Counted from the first letter of the stretch, positions 6,401 to 15,095 are shown. The stretch is 50,527 bases of DNA from Bacillota bacterium (GCA_051744825.1 JBNJDL010000002.1:1-50527); one strand, 5' to 3'. Numbers and translations: made by a program. The notes: generated by a model not told the origin, from the letters alone.

Positions 6401-6943
6401 TTATATACCTTTGTATCTTTGAAAATCTTCTTGGCTTGCAAATGCTCCGCCAAATGGACGATATTCTTCGTTCAACCATTCTTGATTTTTTCTGTATTGT
6501 TCGTCTTTCTCCATTAATCTTTGATGTTCTATTTTTTCATCTATTTCCATTGCTTTTTCTTCAGGCTTGAATCTTTTGAATAACTTGACTCTTTTCCCAA
6601 AGCTACTTAATTTCGAAAGCATTAAGTAATTTTCAATTTGGTATTCACGCTCAAAATTATCTTTAGCAACTTTTTTTCTAACTTTTTCCCGCTTTTCGTC
6701 ATATTCCTTGAATAGTTTTTTGATTTCGTGATAGGCATCAAAACCTTTCACTGTATACCATTTTTCAGTGTTATCATTATTATTACATATTATAACTTGT
6801 GTGAATTTTTCATCTGCATTATACAATTCGTTGAAACTACCGTTTCCGTCTGCAATCAAATCATAATTGCTTAGGTCTGGTGCTGGTACTTTCTTTTCAA
6901 CCATTTTATCTAATTTTTTTATCAAATTTGTATTCATTCCCAT
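6401..6943 (-). CDS. hypothetical protein (180 aa), first gene of the leftward operon
   Basis: AAAGGAG RBS. About 90-nt leader from the consensus promoter. Its stop overlaps the AAUUC of element D. Confidence 0.65.
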   Translation of the reverse strand: MGMNTNLIKKLDKMVEKKVPAPDLSNYDLIADGNGSFNELYNADEKFTQVIICNNNDNTEKWYTVKGFDAYHEIKKLFKEYDEKREKVRKKVAKDNFEREYQIENYLMLSKLSSFGKRVKLFKRFKPEEKAMEIDEKIEHQRLMEKDEQYRKNQEWLNEEYRPFGGAFASQEDFQRYKGI

Positions 6944-7015
6944 AATTCATCTCCTTTTCAAATCCCGCTCAAGCCAGTGTGTGACTTGATTTCTCTTTGC
7001 TTTGTTTCTTTGTAG

Positions 7016-7031
7016 TGTATCACCTGATACA
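7016..7031. promoter_or_regulatory. palindrome TGTATCA-CC-TGATACA at the predicted leftward transcription start (operator or 5' stem-loop)
   Basis: 7-bp perfect inverted arms with a 2-nt spacer, lying 5-6 nt downstream of the minus-strand -10 box. Confidence 0.45.
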
Positions 7032-7036
7032 ACCCT

Positions 7037-7065
7037 ATTATATAGCCATATTTTGTGTATGTCAA
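7037..7065 (-). promoter_or_regulatory. consensus sigma70 promoter for the leftward operon
   Basis: On the minus strand: TTGACA (7065-7060), exactly 17 nt of spacer, TATAAT (7042-7037). Confidence 0.75.
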
Positions 7066-7114
7066 GGGAAAATTTAATTTTTTTTCAAAAAATCTTTTTT
7101 TATTTTTTTGTCGA

Positions 7115-7123
7115 TGATATAAT
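7115..7123 (+). promoter_or_regulatory. extended -10 element (TGATATAAT) upstream of terS
   Basis: TG-n-TATAAT about 40 nt upstream of ATG 7165. There is no good -35. It is divergent from the leftward promoter. Confidence 0.4.
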
Positions 7124-7164
7124 ATAAGTAAGAAATATTAATGTTCGATAGGAGGGAGGGAATC

Positions 7165-7644
7165 ATGCCACGAGGAAGAAAACCACTTTGGGAAAAAAAA
7201 GATATGAAAAACCGACTTAATATTATCAAAGGTTGGGCAACAATGGGATTGACCGAGAAAGAAATGTACAATCAATTAGGTGTAAGTGCTGATACATGGG
7301 AAAATTGGAAAAATGACAAACCTGAATTCCTGAAAGCTCTCAGAAGCGGACAGATGGAAACAGTTGCCGAGTTAGTCGAATCAGCAAAGAAGCAAGCTCA
7401 AGGATATTTTGTTGTCGAAAAAACCAAAAGAATTAAGGAACATTATAATTCCGAAGGCGAGCTTGTTAGCACGGACGAAGAAACATCAACAGATAAGAAA
7501 TATGTCAAAGCAAATTCTTCTGTGACGAAATACCTCCTTAACAACTTATCGAACAAATTCGATAACAAAGCGACAATATCACACGAAGTCGAAAGTCTTG
7601 AAGATATTTTTGCCGAAGAATTGCACGAAAACTATGAAAAATAG
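7165..7644 (+). CDS. terS: terminase small subunit-like protein
   Basis: GGAGGGAGGG RBS then ATG 7165 (track start 7141 is less likely). The N-terminal HTH-like IIKGWATMGLTEKEMYNQLGVSADTWENWK is typical of TerS. Lies upstream of TerL. Confidence 0.6.
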   Translation: MPRGRKPLWEKKDMKNRLNIIKGWATMGLTEKEMYNQLGVSADTWENWKNDKPEFLKALRSGQMETVAELVESAKKQAQGYFVVEKTKRIKEHYNSEGELVSTDEETSTDKKYVKANSSVTKYLLNNLSNKFDNKATISHEVESLEDIFAEELHENYEK

Positions 7645-7649
7645 ATATC

Positions 7650-7780
7650 AAAGGAACGTTGGGATATAAACATTTATTGCAAGAAAATTAAGAAACTCCT
7701 TATTTTTGAGATAAATTTTTGCCCGCTTTTACCAAGCTTATTTCTAAGTTTTTGCCTACTCTTTCAGCCAACGTTCCTTT
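7650..7780. repeat. 13-bp perfect inverted repeat bracketing the terS-terL spacer
   Basis: AAAGGAACGTTGG (7650-7662) and CCAACGTTCCTTT (7768-7780) enclose 105 nt of non-coding sequence. Confidence 0.8.
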
Positions 7781-7804
7781 ATATATATAAAAAAAGGGGA
7801 AAAC

Positions 7805-9694
7805 ATGGGGAAATACAACATAGATAACATGATATCATTGAGAAAGAAAAGATGGAGAAACACAAAAAGCATCGAAGAAGATGTCAAACTCAGATTGTCT
7901 TTTGCCGAATACATATTAAGAAAAGATAATCAAAAATTATGGAAAGATTTGTATTACAATGAGGATAAGCTAATCGAATTGTTTTTTGTTGTAGTTAACA
8001 AGAAGAAAAAGACAGTACCGTTCTTCCTTAATTATGTACAAAGAAAATTCATTTCAAAAATTAAAAATGATAGAAAATTGAAGCGTGCAGGGAGAAAAAA
8101 ACATCAAAGGTATCTTATACTCAAAGGTCGTCAACAAGGATTCACGACTATTATTAGTGCGTTTCAGCTTGCTTGTGCTATAGTGCATAAGAATTTTGAT
8201 GGATATACTCTTGCAGACGATGCATCAAATACAGAAGATATATTTCAGGACAAGGTCAAACATGTATATGAGCTATTACCCGAAAAAATAGCACCATCTA
8301 GCATCTACAATTCCTCAAGAGTATTACATTTTGATACAAATGATAACCGAAAAAAAGGGCTTAATAGTAAGATTAGGGTACAAACAGCAGGAAACGAAGA
8401 TGCTGGACGGTCGAAAACAATCAACTTCTTACATATAAGCGAAGGGGCTTTTGTTCCCAAACTCAAGAAGCTATTAACAGGATTGACCGAATCTTTAACA
8501 AAAGATGTAATTGCAATTATTGAGTCAACAGCAAACGGATATAATGACTACAAAGAATTGTGGGATTCTAGCAACAACTGGGAAACTCTTTTTTATGAAT
8601 GGTGGAAAACGCCAGAGTACAGAATGGAATTTTCCGACGAAAAAGAGAAGGAAGAATTCCTAAATGGACTTAATTGGGCTGAAAATGAAGCAAAGAAAGG
8701 AAATAACAAAGAATACGAAGCAGACACCAAACAATGGATATACTCACGTTGTTGGTGGTTATATGACGAAATCGAATTGGATATGGAACAAATATATTTC
8801 TACTTCGACAAATGGGTTGATAAGAAAGAAAAAGTTAAGCAAGAATATCCTTGTACAGCAGAAGAAGCATTCCTTGCATCAGGCGGGAATTACTTCAATA
8901 TCGAAAATGTTGTTAGAAGAAAAAGAAAGATTGAAAACAAAGCACCTTCTAGACGTGGTGATTTTGAATATATATACACATTCGACGAAGACAGACAGAC
9001 CAAAAAAATAGATGATACGTCAATAAAATTTGTAGAAAGTTTGAAAGGAAGCGTTACAATATATAATGAGCCGAAAGAAGCAAAAGGATATGCTATTGGT
9101 GGTGATACAGCTTCAGAAGGGAAAGACTTCAATTTCGCACAAGTCATCGATAAGCAGGGAAATCAGCATGCTACAATCAAAATAGACAAGGACGAAGATT
9201 TGTATGCAGACCAAACTTATTGCTTAGGAAAGCTATATAACGGAGCGATAATAGCATTCGAAACTAATCACTCAACGCACCCAATCAAAGTATTAAGGGA
9301 AAGAGAATATCCTCGCATATATATACGTGGGCAATCGACCGACCAAATTAGCAGAAAAAAAAGAAATAAATTTGGATATTATACAACTAAAAAGAATCGT
9401 AACGAAATGTTAGGACAGCTTAAAACGTTGGTACGTGAACACCCTGAAAGAATTAATGATGTATACACGCTGAAGCAGATGATGACATTTGTAAGAGATG
9501 AAAATAACAAACCTGTTGCAGAAGAAGGAAAACATGATGATGCTATACTAGCTTATGCTATCGCATTGGCTATCAGGGATAATACCCCAAGAATAAAAGG
9601 TAAAAGTGAGAAAAAAAGTAAGGTACAATCTCATAAGGAAAATTTAGTCAAACAAAGGAGATTGAAAAGGAAAAGAGATAGGAGGCTTAGATAA
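7805..9694 (+). CDS. terL: terminase large subunit
   Basis: Walker A-like LILKGRQQGFTT, IIESTANGYN, nuclease-half GGDTASEGKDF and GKHDDAILAYAIAL. 629 aa. Confidence 0.9.
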   Translation: MGKYNIDNMISLRKKRWRNTKSIEEDVKLRLSFAEYILRKDNQKLWKDLYYNEDKLIELFFVVVNKKKKTVPFFLNYVQRKFISKIKNDRKLKRAGRKKHQRYLILKGRQQGFTTIISAFQLACAIVHKNFDGYTLADDASNTEDIFQDKVKHVYELLPEKIAPSSIYNSSRVLHFDTNDNRKKGLNSKIRVQTAGNEDAGRSKTINFLHISEGAFVPKLKKLLTGLTESLTKDVIAIIESTANGYNDYKELWDSSNNWETLFYEWWKTPEYRMEFSDEKEKEEFLNGLNWAENEAKKGNNKEYEADTKQWIYSRCWWLYDEIELDMEQIYFYFDKWVDKKEKVKQEYPCTAEEAFLASGGNYFNIENVVRRKRKIENKAPSRRGDFEYIYTFDEDRQTKKIDDTSIKFVESLKGSVTIYNEPKEAKGYAIGGDTASEGKDFNFAQVIDKQGNQHATIKIDKDEDLYADQTYCLGKLYNGAIIAFETNHSTHPIKVLREREYPRIYIRGQSTDQISRKKRNKFGYYTTKKNRNEMLGQLKTLVREHPERINDVYTLKQMMTFVRDENNKPVAEEGKHDDAILAYAIALAIRDNTPRIKGKSEKKSKVQSHKENLVKQRRLKRKRDRRLR

Positions 9695-9993
9695 TGATTG
9701 ATAAGTTACACGCATCACCTACAAGGTTGATAGTTGAGCAAAAAGAAGTTGAAAAAAAGACAGATAGCGGTATTATATTAGCGGTATCAGAGAAACAGAA
9801 GCAAGCACCGCAAATCATGCAAGTTGTCAAAGCAGGAATAGAATCAAAAGAAAAAATATCAGAAGATTACAACATAAAGGACCTGAAAGGCTTGAAAGTT
9901 GTAATACCAAAGTTTGCAGGAGTATCAATCGACGTAAACGAAAAAGAATACAAAGTTATAGAGTATGGCGATATATTAGCAGTAATTGAATAA
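9694..9993 (+). CDS. GroES/Cpn10-like co-chaperonin
   Basis: RLIVEQKEVEKKTDSGIILAVSEKQKQAPQ (mobile-loop region), GLKVVIPKFAGVSIDVNEKEYKVIEYGDILAVIE, 99 aa. Fits the GroES pattern (r.lvk..e.e.kT.gGI.lp.sakek, ....Y....e.DIlAvie). Confidence 0.75.
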   Translation: MIDKLHASPTRLIVEQKEVEKKTDSGIILAVSEKQKQAPQIMQVVKAGIESKEKISEDYNIKDLKGLKVVIPKFAGVSIDVNEKEYKVIEYGDILAVIE

Positions 9994-10003
9994 GAAAGGG
10001 GTA

Positions 10004-10468
10004 ATGATGAAGAAGTATAAATATATTTCTAAAAGAACAACACCGTTTAGAAGCGAATTTTATGGTTCTACAGACTTAGCTGATGTAAGAATAGGAAATG
10101 TAGATAACCCACATGTAGGTGTATCAATTACAACAGAAGAAGCTAAGCAAGTTGCGAAAGAATTAAATGAATTTTTTGATATAGAAAAAGAAGAAAAAGA
10201 AGAAAAAGAAAATGATGCAGTTGCAGAAGCAGAAGCAAAAATATTAGAATTAGAAGAAGAACTTGCAGATGCACAAAAGCAAGAAGATGAAACGGTAGAA
10301 TTCATCAAAGAGGAAATCCTATTTGGGCTGGAAGACTCTCAAATGCTGAAAAAAGAACAAATGAAGGAAATTATAGAAAAAACTGATATAGAAAATGAAA
10401 ATCTAGATAATTTGAAAGCATCAGAGTTATACAAGTTGTTGCTAGACAGAATAACAGTAGGTGTATAA
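10004..10468 (+). CDS. hypothetical acidic coiled-coil protein
   Basis: ATG 10004 or 10007 after AAAGGGG (the track TTG start at 9986 is unlikely). Contains EKEEKEEKENDAVAEAEAKILELEEE. Confidence 0.55.
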   Translation: MMKKYKYISKRTTPFRSEFYGSTDLADVRIGNVDNPHVGVSITTEEAKQVAKELNEFFDIEKEEKEEKENDAVAEAEAKILELEEELADAQKQEDETVEFIKEEILFGLEDSQMLKKEQMKEIIEKTDIENENLDNLKASELYKLLLDRITVGV

Positions 10469-10469
10469 T

Positions 10470-10700
10470 ATGGTGGAAATGATATTTATAGGCATTGTTG
10501 TAGCGCTTTATATTTTTGAGAAGTATACACACGTACAGGAAATCAAAGAAAGAGATAAAAAAGAGGAAATGTTACTTAATAGGTTACTTGGTCAAAACGA
10601 AAGTGATTATAAAAAAACACCAAAGAAAAAAGTTAAAAATGTAAAAAATAACATTAAAAAAAACATAAACAAAGATAGTTTGAGTCATCTCAAAAAATAG
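10470..10700 (+). CDS. small membrane protein with a basic tail
   Basis: ATG 10470 after AGGTG. TM segment MIFIGIVVALYIF followed by a K-rich C-terminus. Confidence 0.5.
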   Translation: MVEMIFIGIVVALYIFEKYTHVQEIKERDKKEEMLLNRLLGQNESDYKKTPKKKVKNVKNNIKKNINKDSLSHLKK

Positions 10701-10716
10701 TTAAGGAGGTGAAATT

Positions 10717-12789
10717 ATGGCTTATATGAACCGACAAAAGCAAGAAAGTACAACATTCCTTGAGAAAGGCAATGAGTTATCGGAAGAAGAAATAGCTAAG
10801 GTAGCAAAAGAAAAATATGAAGATGATATAGTTGATAGCGTCAAAAAAGAATTCAAGGAACGTTCTACTGATAAGCTTCCTTTGGTTTTGAGTTGGCGAT
10901 TATTGATGAACTTTTTAGACGGAAATCAGCACGTTAGAATCAACACATCAAAACAAAGTGTAGATGATACAACACCGATAGCATGGTGGGAAGAAAGAGA
11001 AGTATTTGACCAATTATCACCAATATTAGAAACTAGATTAGCAAAACTTAATCGTGCAGATACAGAACTCAAAGTGCGACCAGCAACAAGTGAAATGGAA
11101 GATATATCAAGTGCTAAGGTCGAAACTAGATTGCTTGAAGGACTTTTTAAGAAAGAAAATATGGAAAAAAAGCAAAAATTGGCTAATCTTTGGAGTGAAA
11201 AATTAGGAACAGTTTTTTGGAAAACAGGCTGGGACGAATCAAAAGGTAGAGTTGTAGGCATCAAAGAAATTGAAGAAGATGAAGAAGAATCACATTTTTT
11301 ACCTGAATTTGAAAGAGAACTACGGCAGTACAAAGGGAAATACATCAAAAAAATACATGAAGGTGATGTAGACGTTATGTATTGCACACCGTTTGAGATA
11401 TTCCCTGATTCGATGGCAAATGCCGATTGCTCTGAATGTAGAGATATAATTCATGCTAAAGCTTATAATACAGAAGAAATATTCGAAATGTTTGGCGAAA
11501 ATATGAAAGGCTCTACTCAAGATGTATTAGGACTAGAAGCTAATCAAGGAAAAACTGGTGGACTCGGTCAAAAGAATAATGATTATCGTATAACCAACAA
11601 AGAAATGGATAATGCGTGTATATTAGTTGAAAAGTGGGAATTGCCTACAAAACGGTATCCTCAAGGTAGATTAATAATGATTGCATTATCAAAAGAAGAA
11701 GAAAAATTGCTTCATTACGGCAAATTACCTGATTACCTAGAAGACCAAGGCAAATATGAATTACCATTTATCAGCCAAAAGTCAGAAGAAACTGGGGAAT
11801 TTTTTGGAAAAAGTGTATTTGAAAGGTTGTTACCGTTACAAAGAAGATATAATTCATTGAGAAACAGGAAAAAAGAATATCTTAACCGTGTATCAATCGG
11901 ACAGCTCACATATGAAGAAAATTCAATAGATGAAGATTTTTTCGAAGAAGAAGCATTAGCACCGGGGGCAATGATAGCGTATAAGCAAGGTTCTAACCCG
12001 CCAAGCTATTTAGATAACCCAAGATTACCTAGTGCATTCGATACAGAAGAAAACACCTTACAGATGGATTTTAATCGTATTTCAGGAGTATCAGAAATAT
12101 CAAGAGATTCATCAGCTCCAACAGGAGTAGGTTCAGGTGTAGCATTATCAATTTTGAAAGAACAGGACGATACAAGAATATCATTACCTGCTTCTTATAT
12201 ACAACAAGCTAGAATACAAGTGGGTAAGAAGCTATTGAAGGTGGTCAAGGAGAAAGTGGACTATCCTAGAAAATTAAAATATGCAGGGAAAGATGAAGAA
12301 GTAGCATTATTCAATTGGGATAAGAACGATATAACTTCATTTGATGTATATGTCGAATCAAAAGCAAGCTTATCAGAAACACCAGCACAAAGAAGACAAT
12401 TTGTATTCGATTTATTCAATGCAGGTCTATTTAACCCTGATATGCCAGAGATGTTACGTGCTAAGTTGATGCAGATGTTAGAATTAGGTAATTGGGAAGA
12501 TTTTGTAGCAGATACCAACTTGCATATTGAAAGGGCTAAAAAAGAAAATATGGCTATATCACGTGGTAAACAAGCTGAAGTTTGGGAAATTGATGACCAT
12601 GAAGCACACCTGAAAGTACATACTGATTATATGGTAAGCTCTGATTTTGCAGAATTAATTGCAGAACAACCCGAACTTAAAGAAAGATTAGATAATCATA
12701 GACGGCAACATTTAGAAATAGTTAGTCAAAAGCAAAGGCAAGTGGCTAAGCAAGAAATGGAAACACAGCAACAAGGAAGGGGAAGATAA
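10717..12789 (+). CDS. portal protein
   Basis: 690 aa, placed after TerL and before the scaffold and capsid genes. AAGGAGGTG RBS. Called on size and synteny. Confidence 0.8.
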   Translation: MAYMNRQKQESTTFLEKGNELSEEEIAKVAKEKYEDDIVDSVKKEFKERSTDKLPLVLSWRLLMNFLDGNQHVRINTSKQSVDDTTPIAWWEEREVFDQLSPILETRLAKLNRADTELKVRPATSEMEDISSAKVETRLLEGLFKKENMEKKQKLANLWSEKLGTVFWKTGWDESKGRVVGIKEIEEDEEESHFLPEFERELRQYKGKYIKKIHEGDVDVMYCTPFEIFPDSMANADCSECRDIIHAKAYNTEEIFEMFGENMKGSTQDVLGLEANQGKTGGLGQKNNDYRITNKEMDNACILVEKWELPTKRYPQGRLIMIALSKEEEKLLHYGKLPDYLEDQGKYELPFISQKSEETGEFFGKSVFERLLPLQRRYNSLRNRKKEYLNRVSIGQLTYEENSIDEDFFEEEALAPGAMIAYKQGSNPPSYLDNPRLPSAFDTEENTLQMDFNRISGVSEISRDSSAPTGVGSGVALSILKEQDDTRISLPASYIQQARIQVGKKLLKVVKEKVDYPRKLKYAGKDEEVALFNWDKNDITSFDVYVESKASLSETPAQRRQFVFDLFNAGLFNPDMPEMLRAKLMQMLELGNWEDFVADTNLHIERAKKENMAISRGKQAEVWEIDDHEAHLKVHTDYMVSSDFAELIAEQPELKERLDNHRRQHLEIVSQKQRQVAKQEMETQQQGRGR

Positions 12790-13838
12790 TGAATAGTTTA
12801 AAATTTGATTTACAACTTTTTGCAGAAGAAGGAGTAGAAAGTGTAGATGCTGGTAATGCCGAAGTAGAAGCAAATACAAGTGGTGCGGAAGCATCTGAAG
12901 CAACTGAAACAGAATCAACAGTAGAATCTACTGATAATATAGATAGTGGGGAGAAGGCTGATGATTTCAATTCAGCTGGAGATATGTTTGAAAGTTTTAT
13001 TGACAATATGGATTCAGAAGATAACACAGAAGATGCAGTAGAAAATAAACCAAGCGAAGAAGTTATTGAAGGTGAAGAACCTATTGAATCCGAACAAAGC
13101 GAAATACCTGAAGTTTTTAACACGGACGATTTAGAATTGTCTGACAAATCGTCTGATAATAGGAATTTAAAAACATTTAGAACTCTATTTCAGAATGAAG
13201 AAAGCGAAGCAGGTGATAATGAAGGCGAAGAAGAACAATTAGAAGACACAGATAATGAAAATGATGAAGAAAAAAGTAAATTTGCGGACATGGATAAAGA
13301 CGAAATCATGGATAAGTTGTATGACGACCCTGAAGGATTCATCGATGAATTAGTCGAAGAAAGATTAACTACGGCTGAAATGAGAAAGAAGCAAGAACAA
13401 CAGGAAAAACAACAAAAAACTGAAACGTTAAAAAAACATTTCAATGAATTCACACAGCGTCACCCTGATTTTGAAGAATATAGTGATGTCATGAAGGAAC
13501 TTATTGACAATCCTGATTTGGATTTAAAGGGGAATCCTAACGCTTATGAAATTAGCTATCACTTAGCTAGAAGCTTAAAGAATGATGAAATACCAACTAT
13601 GCCTACTAAAGATGAAATGGTAGACCAAGTATTAAATGATGAAGAAACATTATCAAAGGTTATTGAAAATGAAGAAGTTAAAAATAAAATTGTATCAAGT
13701 TACTTAGAAAATTTAGATTCAAATGATAATATCAAAACTATAAAAAGTAAAACAAATAAAGGTAAAACTGTTTCTAATAAAAAGAAATCATTTGATAATT
13801 TCAAAGAAGCAGAAGAAGCTTTATTCAATGAGATGTAA
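12789..13838 (+). CDS. scaffolding protein (highly acidic)
   Basis: Lies between portal and capsid. Extremely D/E-rich and low-complexity, with a helical C-terminal half. Confidence 0.65.
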   Translation: MNSLKFDLQLFAEEGVESVDAGNAEVEANTSGAEASEATETESTVESTDNIDSGEKADDFNSAGDMFESFIDNMDSEDNTEDAVENKPSEEVIEGEEPIESEQSEIPEVFNTDDLELSDKSSDNRNLKTFRTLFQNEESEAGDNEGEEEQLEDTDNENDEEKSKFADMDKDEIMDKLYDDPEGFIDELVEERLTTAEMRKKQEQQEKQQKTETLKKHFNEFTQRHPDFEEYSDVMKELIDNPDLDLKGNPNAYEISYHLARSLKNDEIPTMPTKDEMVDQVLNDEETLSKVIENEEVKNKIVSSYLENLDSNDNIKTIKSKTNKGKTVSNKKKSFDNFKEAEEALFNEM

Positions 13839-13861
13839 AATATTATAAGGAAGGTGTATTT

Positions 13862-15034
13862 ATGACAATTTCAAGTATTGCAATGGCGAACAAAGCGTTC
13901 AAAGATTTTTTCTTAGAGCCAGCTAGAAAGCAATTAGACGAAGGTTCAGGAGCATTCTTATCACAAATTGAAAAATCAACAAAAGAAGTATCGGGTAAAA
14001 AGATTAAAATGCCGTTAGTATACGGAAGAAGTGGAGGCTTAGGTAACAGAGCTGAAACTGGTGACTTACCTGAAGCAAATCCTAGAAAATGGGAACAAGC
14101 TGAATGGGAAACTAAAAATATGTATGGTACTATTACTATTTCAGGTAAATCTATCAAAGCTTCTAGAAATAACAAAGGTGCATTTACTAAGATGTTAACT
14201 GCACAAATGGAAGATTTAACTAATGATGCTAATAATGATTTAAGAAGACAAATCTTAGGTGATGGTTCAGGAGTATTAGGTTCATTACAATCAGCAACAT
14301 CTTCAGAATCGGTTACTTTAGAAACAGGTCAAAATCCTTTTGTATTCCATGTAGGACAAATGGTTGATATAAGAGCAACAGCTGATGATACTGTAGTCGA
14401 AAGTAATTTAGAAGTTTTAAATGTAGATAAGAACACAGGTGAAGTTACATTATCTACAGCGGTAACTGTATCAGAGGGTGATTACTTAACTATTCACGAT
14501 AACTACAATCAGGAATTAACTGGAGTAGAAAAAGTAATGACAAAAGACAATACATTATATGGTATTGATAGAAGCACTAATAAATGGTTCAATCCTAATG
14601 TAGAAAATGTTGACGGAGAAATTACTGAAATGGTAATGCAAGAAGCTATTGACTCTGCTGAAATCATGGTAGGTTCTAATATTGATTTCATCATGACTAC
14701 TTATGGTGTTGCACGTGGATTCCAATTAGACCAATTATCATATAAGAAAAATATTGACTACAAAAAGTTAAAAGGTGGATACAAAGTTATGTCTTATGCT
14801 GATGTACCAATAGCAAAAGAAAAATTCATGAAAGAGGGAACGATGGACTTCATGCAAAAGAAAAACTGGAAATTGTATCACATGAACGATTGGGAATGGA
14901 TGAAAAAAGACGGTAACGTATTAAGTAGAGTATCAGGTAAAGATGCTTATACTGCAACGTTATTCAGATATGCTGACTTAGGTTGCGACAAGCCAGCAGG
15001 TCAAACTAGATTGACAGGAATAACTGAACATTAG
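13862..15034 (+). CDS. major capsid protein
   Basis: 390 aa, follows the scaffold, has a strong RBS and is followed by a terminator. No direct motif proof. Confidence 0.75.
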   Translation: MTISSIAMANKAFKDFFLEPARKQLDEGSGAFLSQIEKSTKEVSGKKIKMPLVYGRSGGLGNRAETGDLPEANPRKWEQAEWETKNMYGTITISGKSIKASRNNKGAFTKMLTAQMEDLTNDANNDLRRQILGDGSGVLGSLQSATSSESVTLETGQNPFVFHVGQMVDIRATADDTVVESNLEVLNVDKNTGEVTLSTAVTVSEGDYLTIHDNYNQELTGVEKVMTKDNTLYGIDRSTNKWFNPNVENVDGEITEMVMQEAIDSAEIMVGSNIDFIMTTYGVARGFQLDQLSYKKNIDYKKLKGGYKVMSYADVPIAKEKFMKEGTMDFMQKKNWKLYHMNDWEWMKKDGNVLSRVSGKDAYTATLFRYADLGCDKPAGQTRLTGITEH

Positions 15035-15042
15035 AATAAATT

Positions 15043-15084
15043 AAAGGGATTGGGTTTTTTAAAATCCTTTCCCTTATTTTTTTA
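15043..15084 (+). terminator. probable rho-independent terminator after the capsid gene
   Basis: AAGGGA (15044-15049) pairs with TCCCTT (15070-15075), followed by ATTTTTTT. Alternative inner registers exist. Confidence 0.5.
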
Positions 15085-15095
15085 GGAGTGATTAG

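Noticed and set aside
5601-6517. Plus-strand track ORFs 5601-5822, 5930-6154 and 6332-6517.
   Set aside because: They are antisense to well-supported minus-strand genes, lack RBSs, have odd composition and run across the ribozyme-like elements.
8664-9147. An alternative-frame ORF (8664-9011, +) and an antisense ORF (8890-9147, -) inside terL. Similar antisense ORFs lie inside the portal, scaffold and capsid genes (10926-11387, 12746-13147, 13843-14175).
   Set aside because: They are nested in genes with clear motifs or synteny, have low-complexity composition and lack translation signals.
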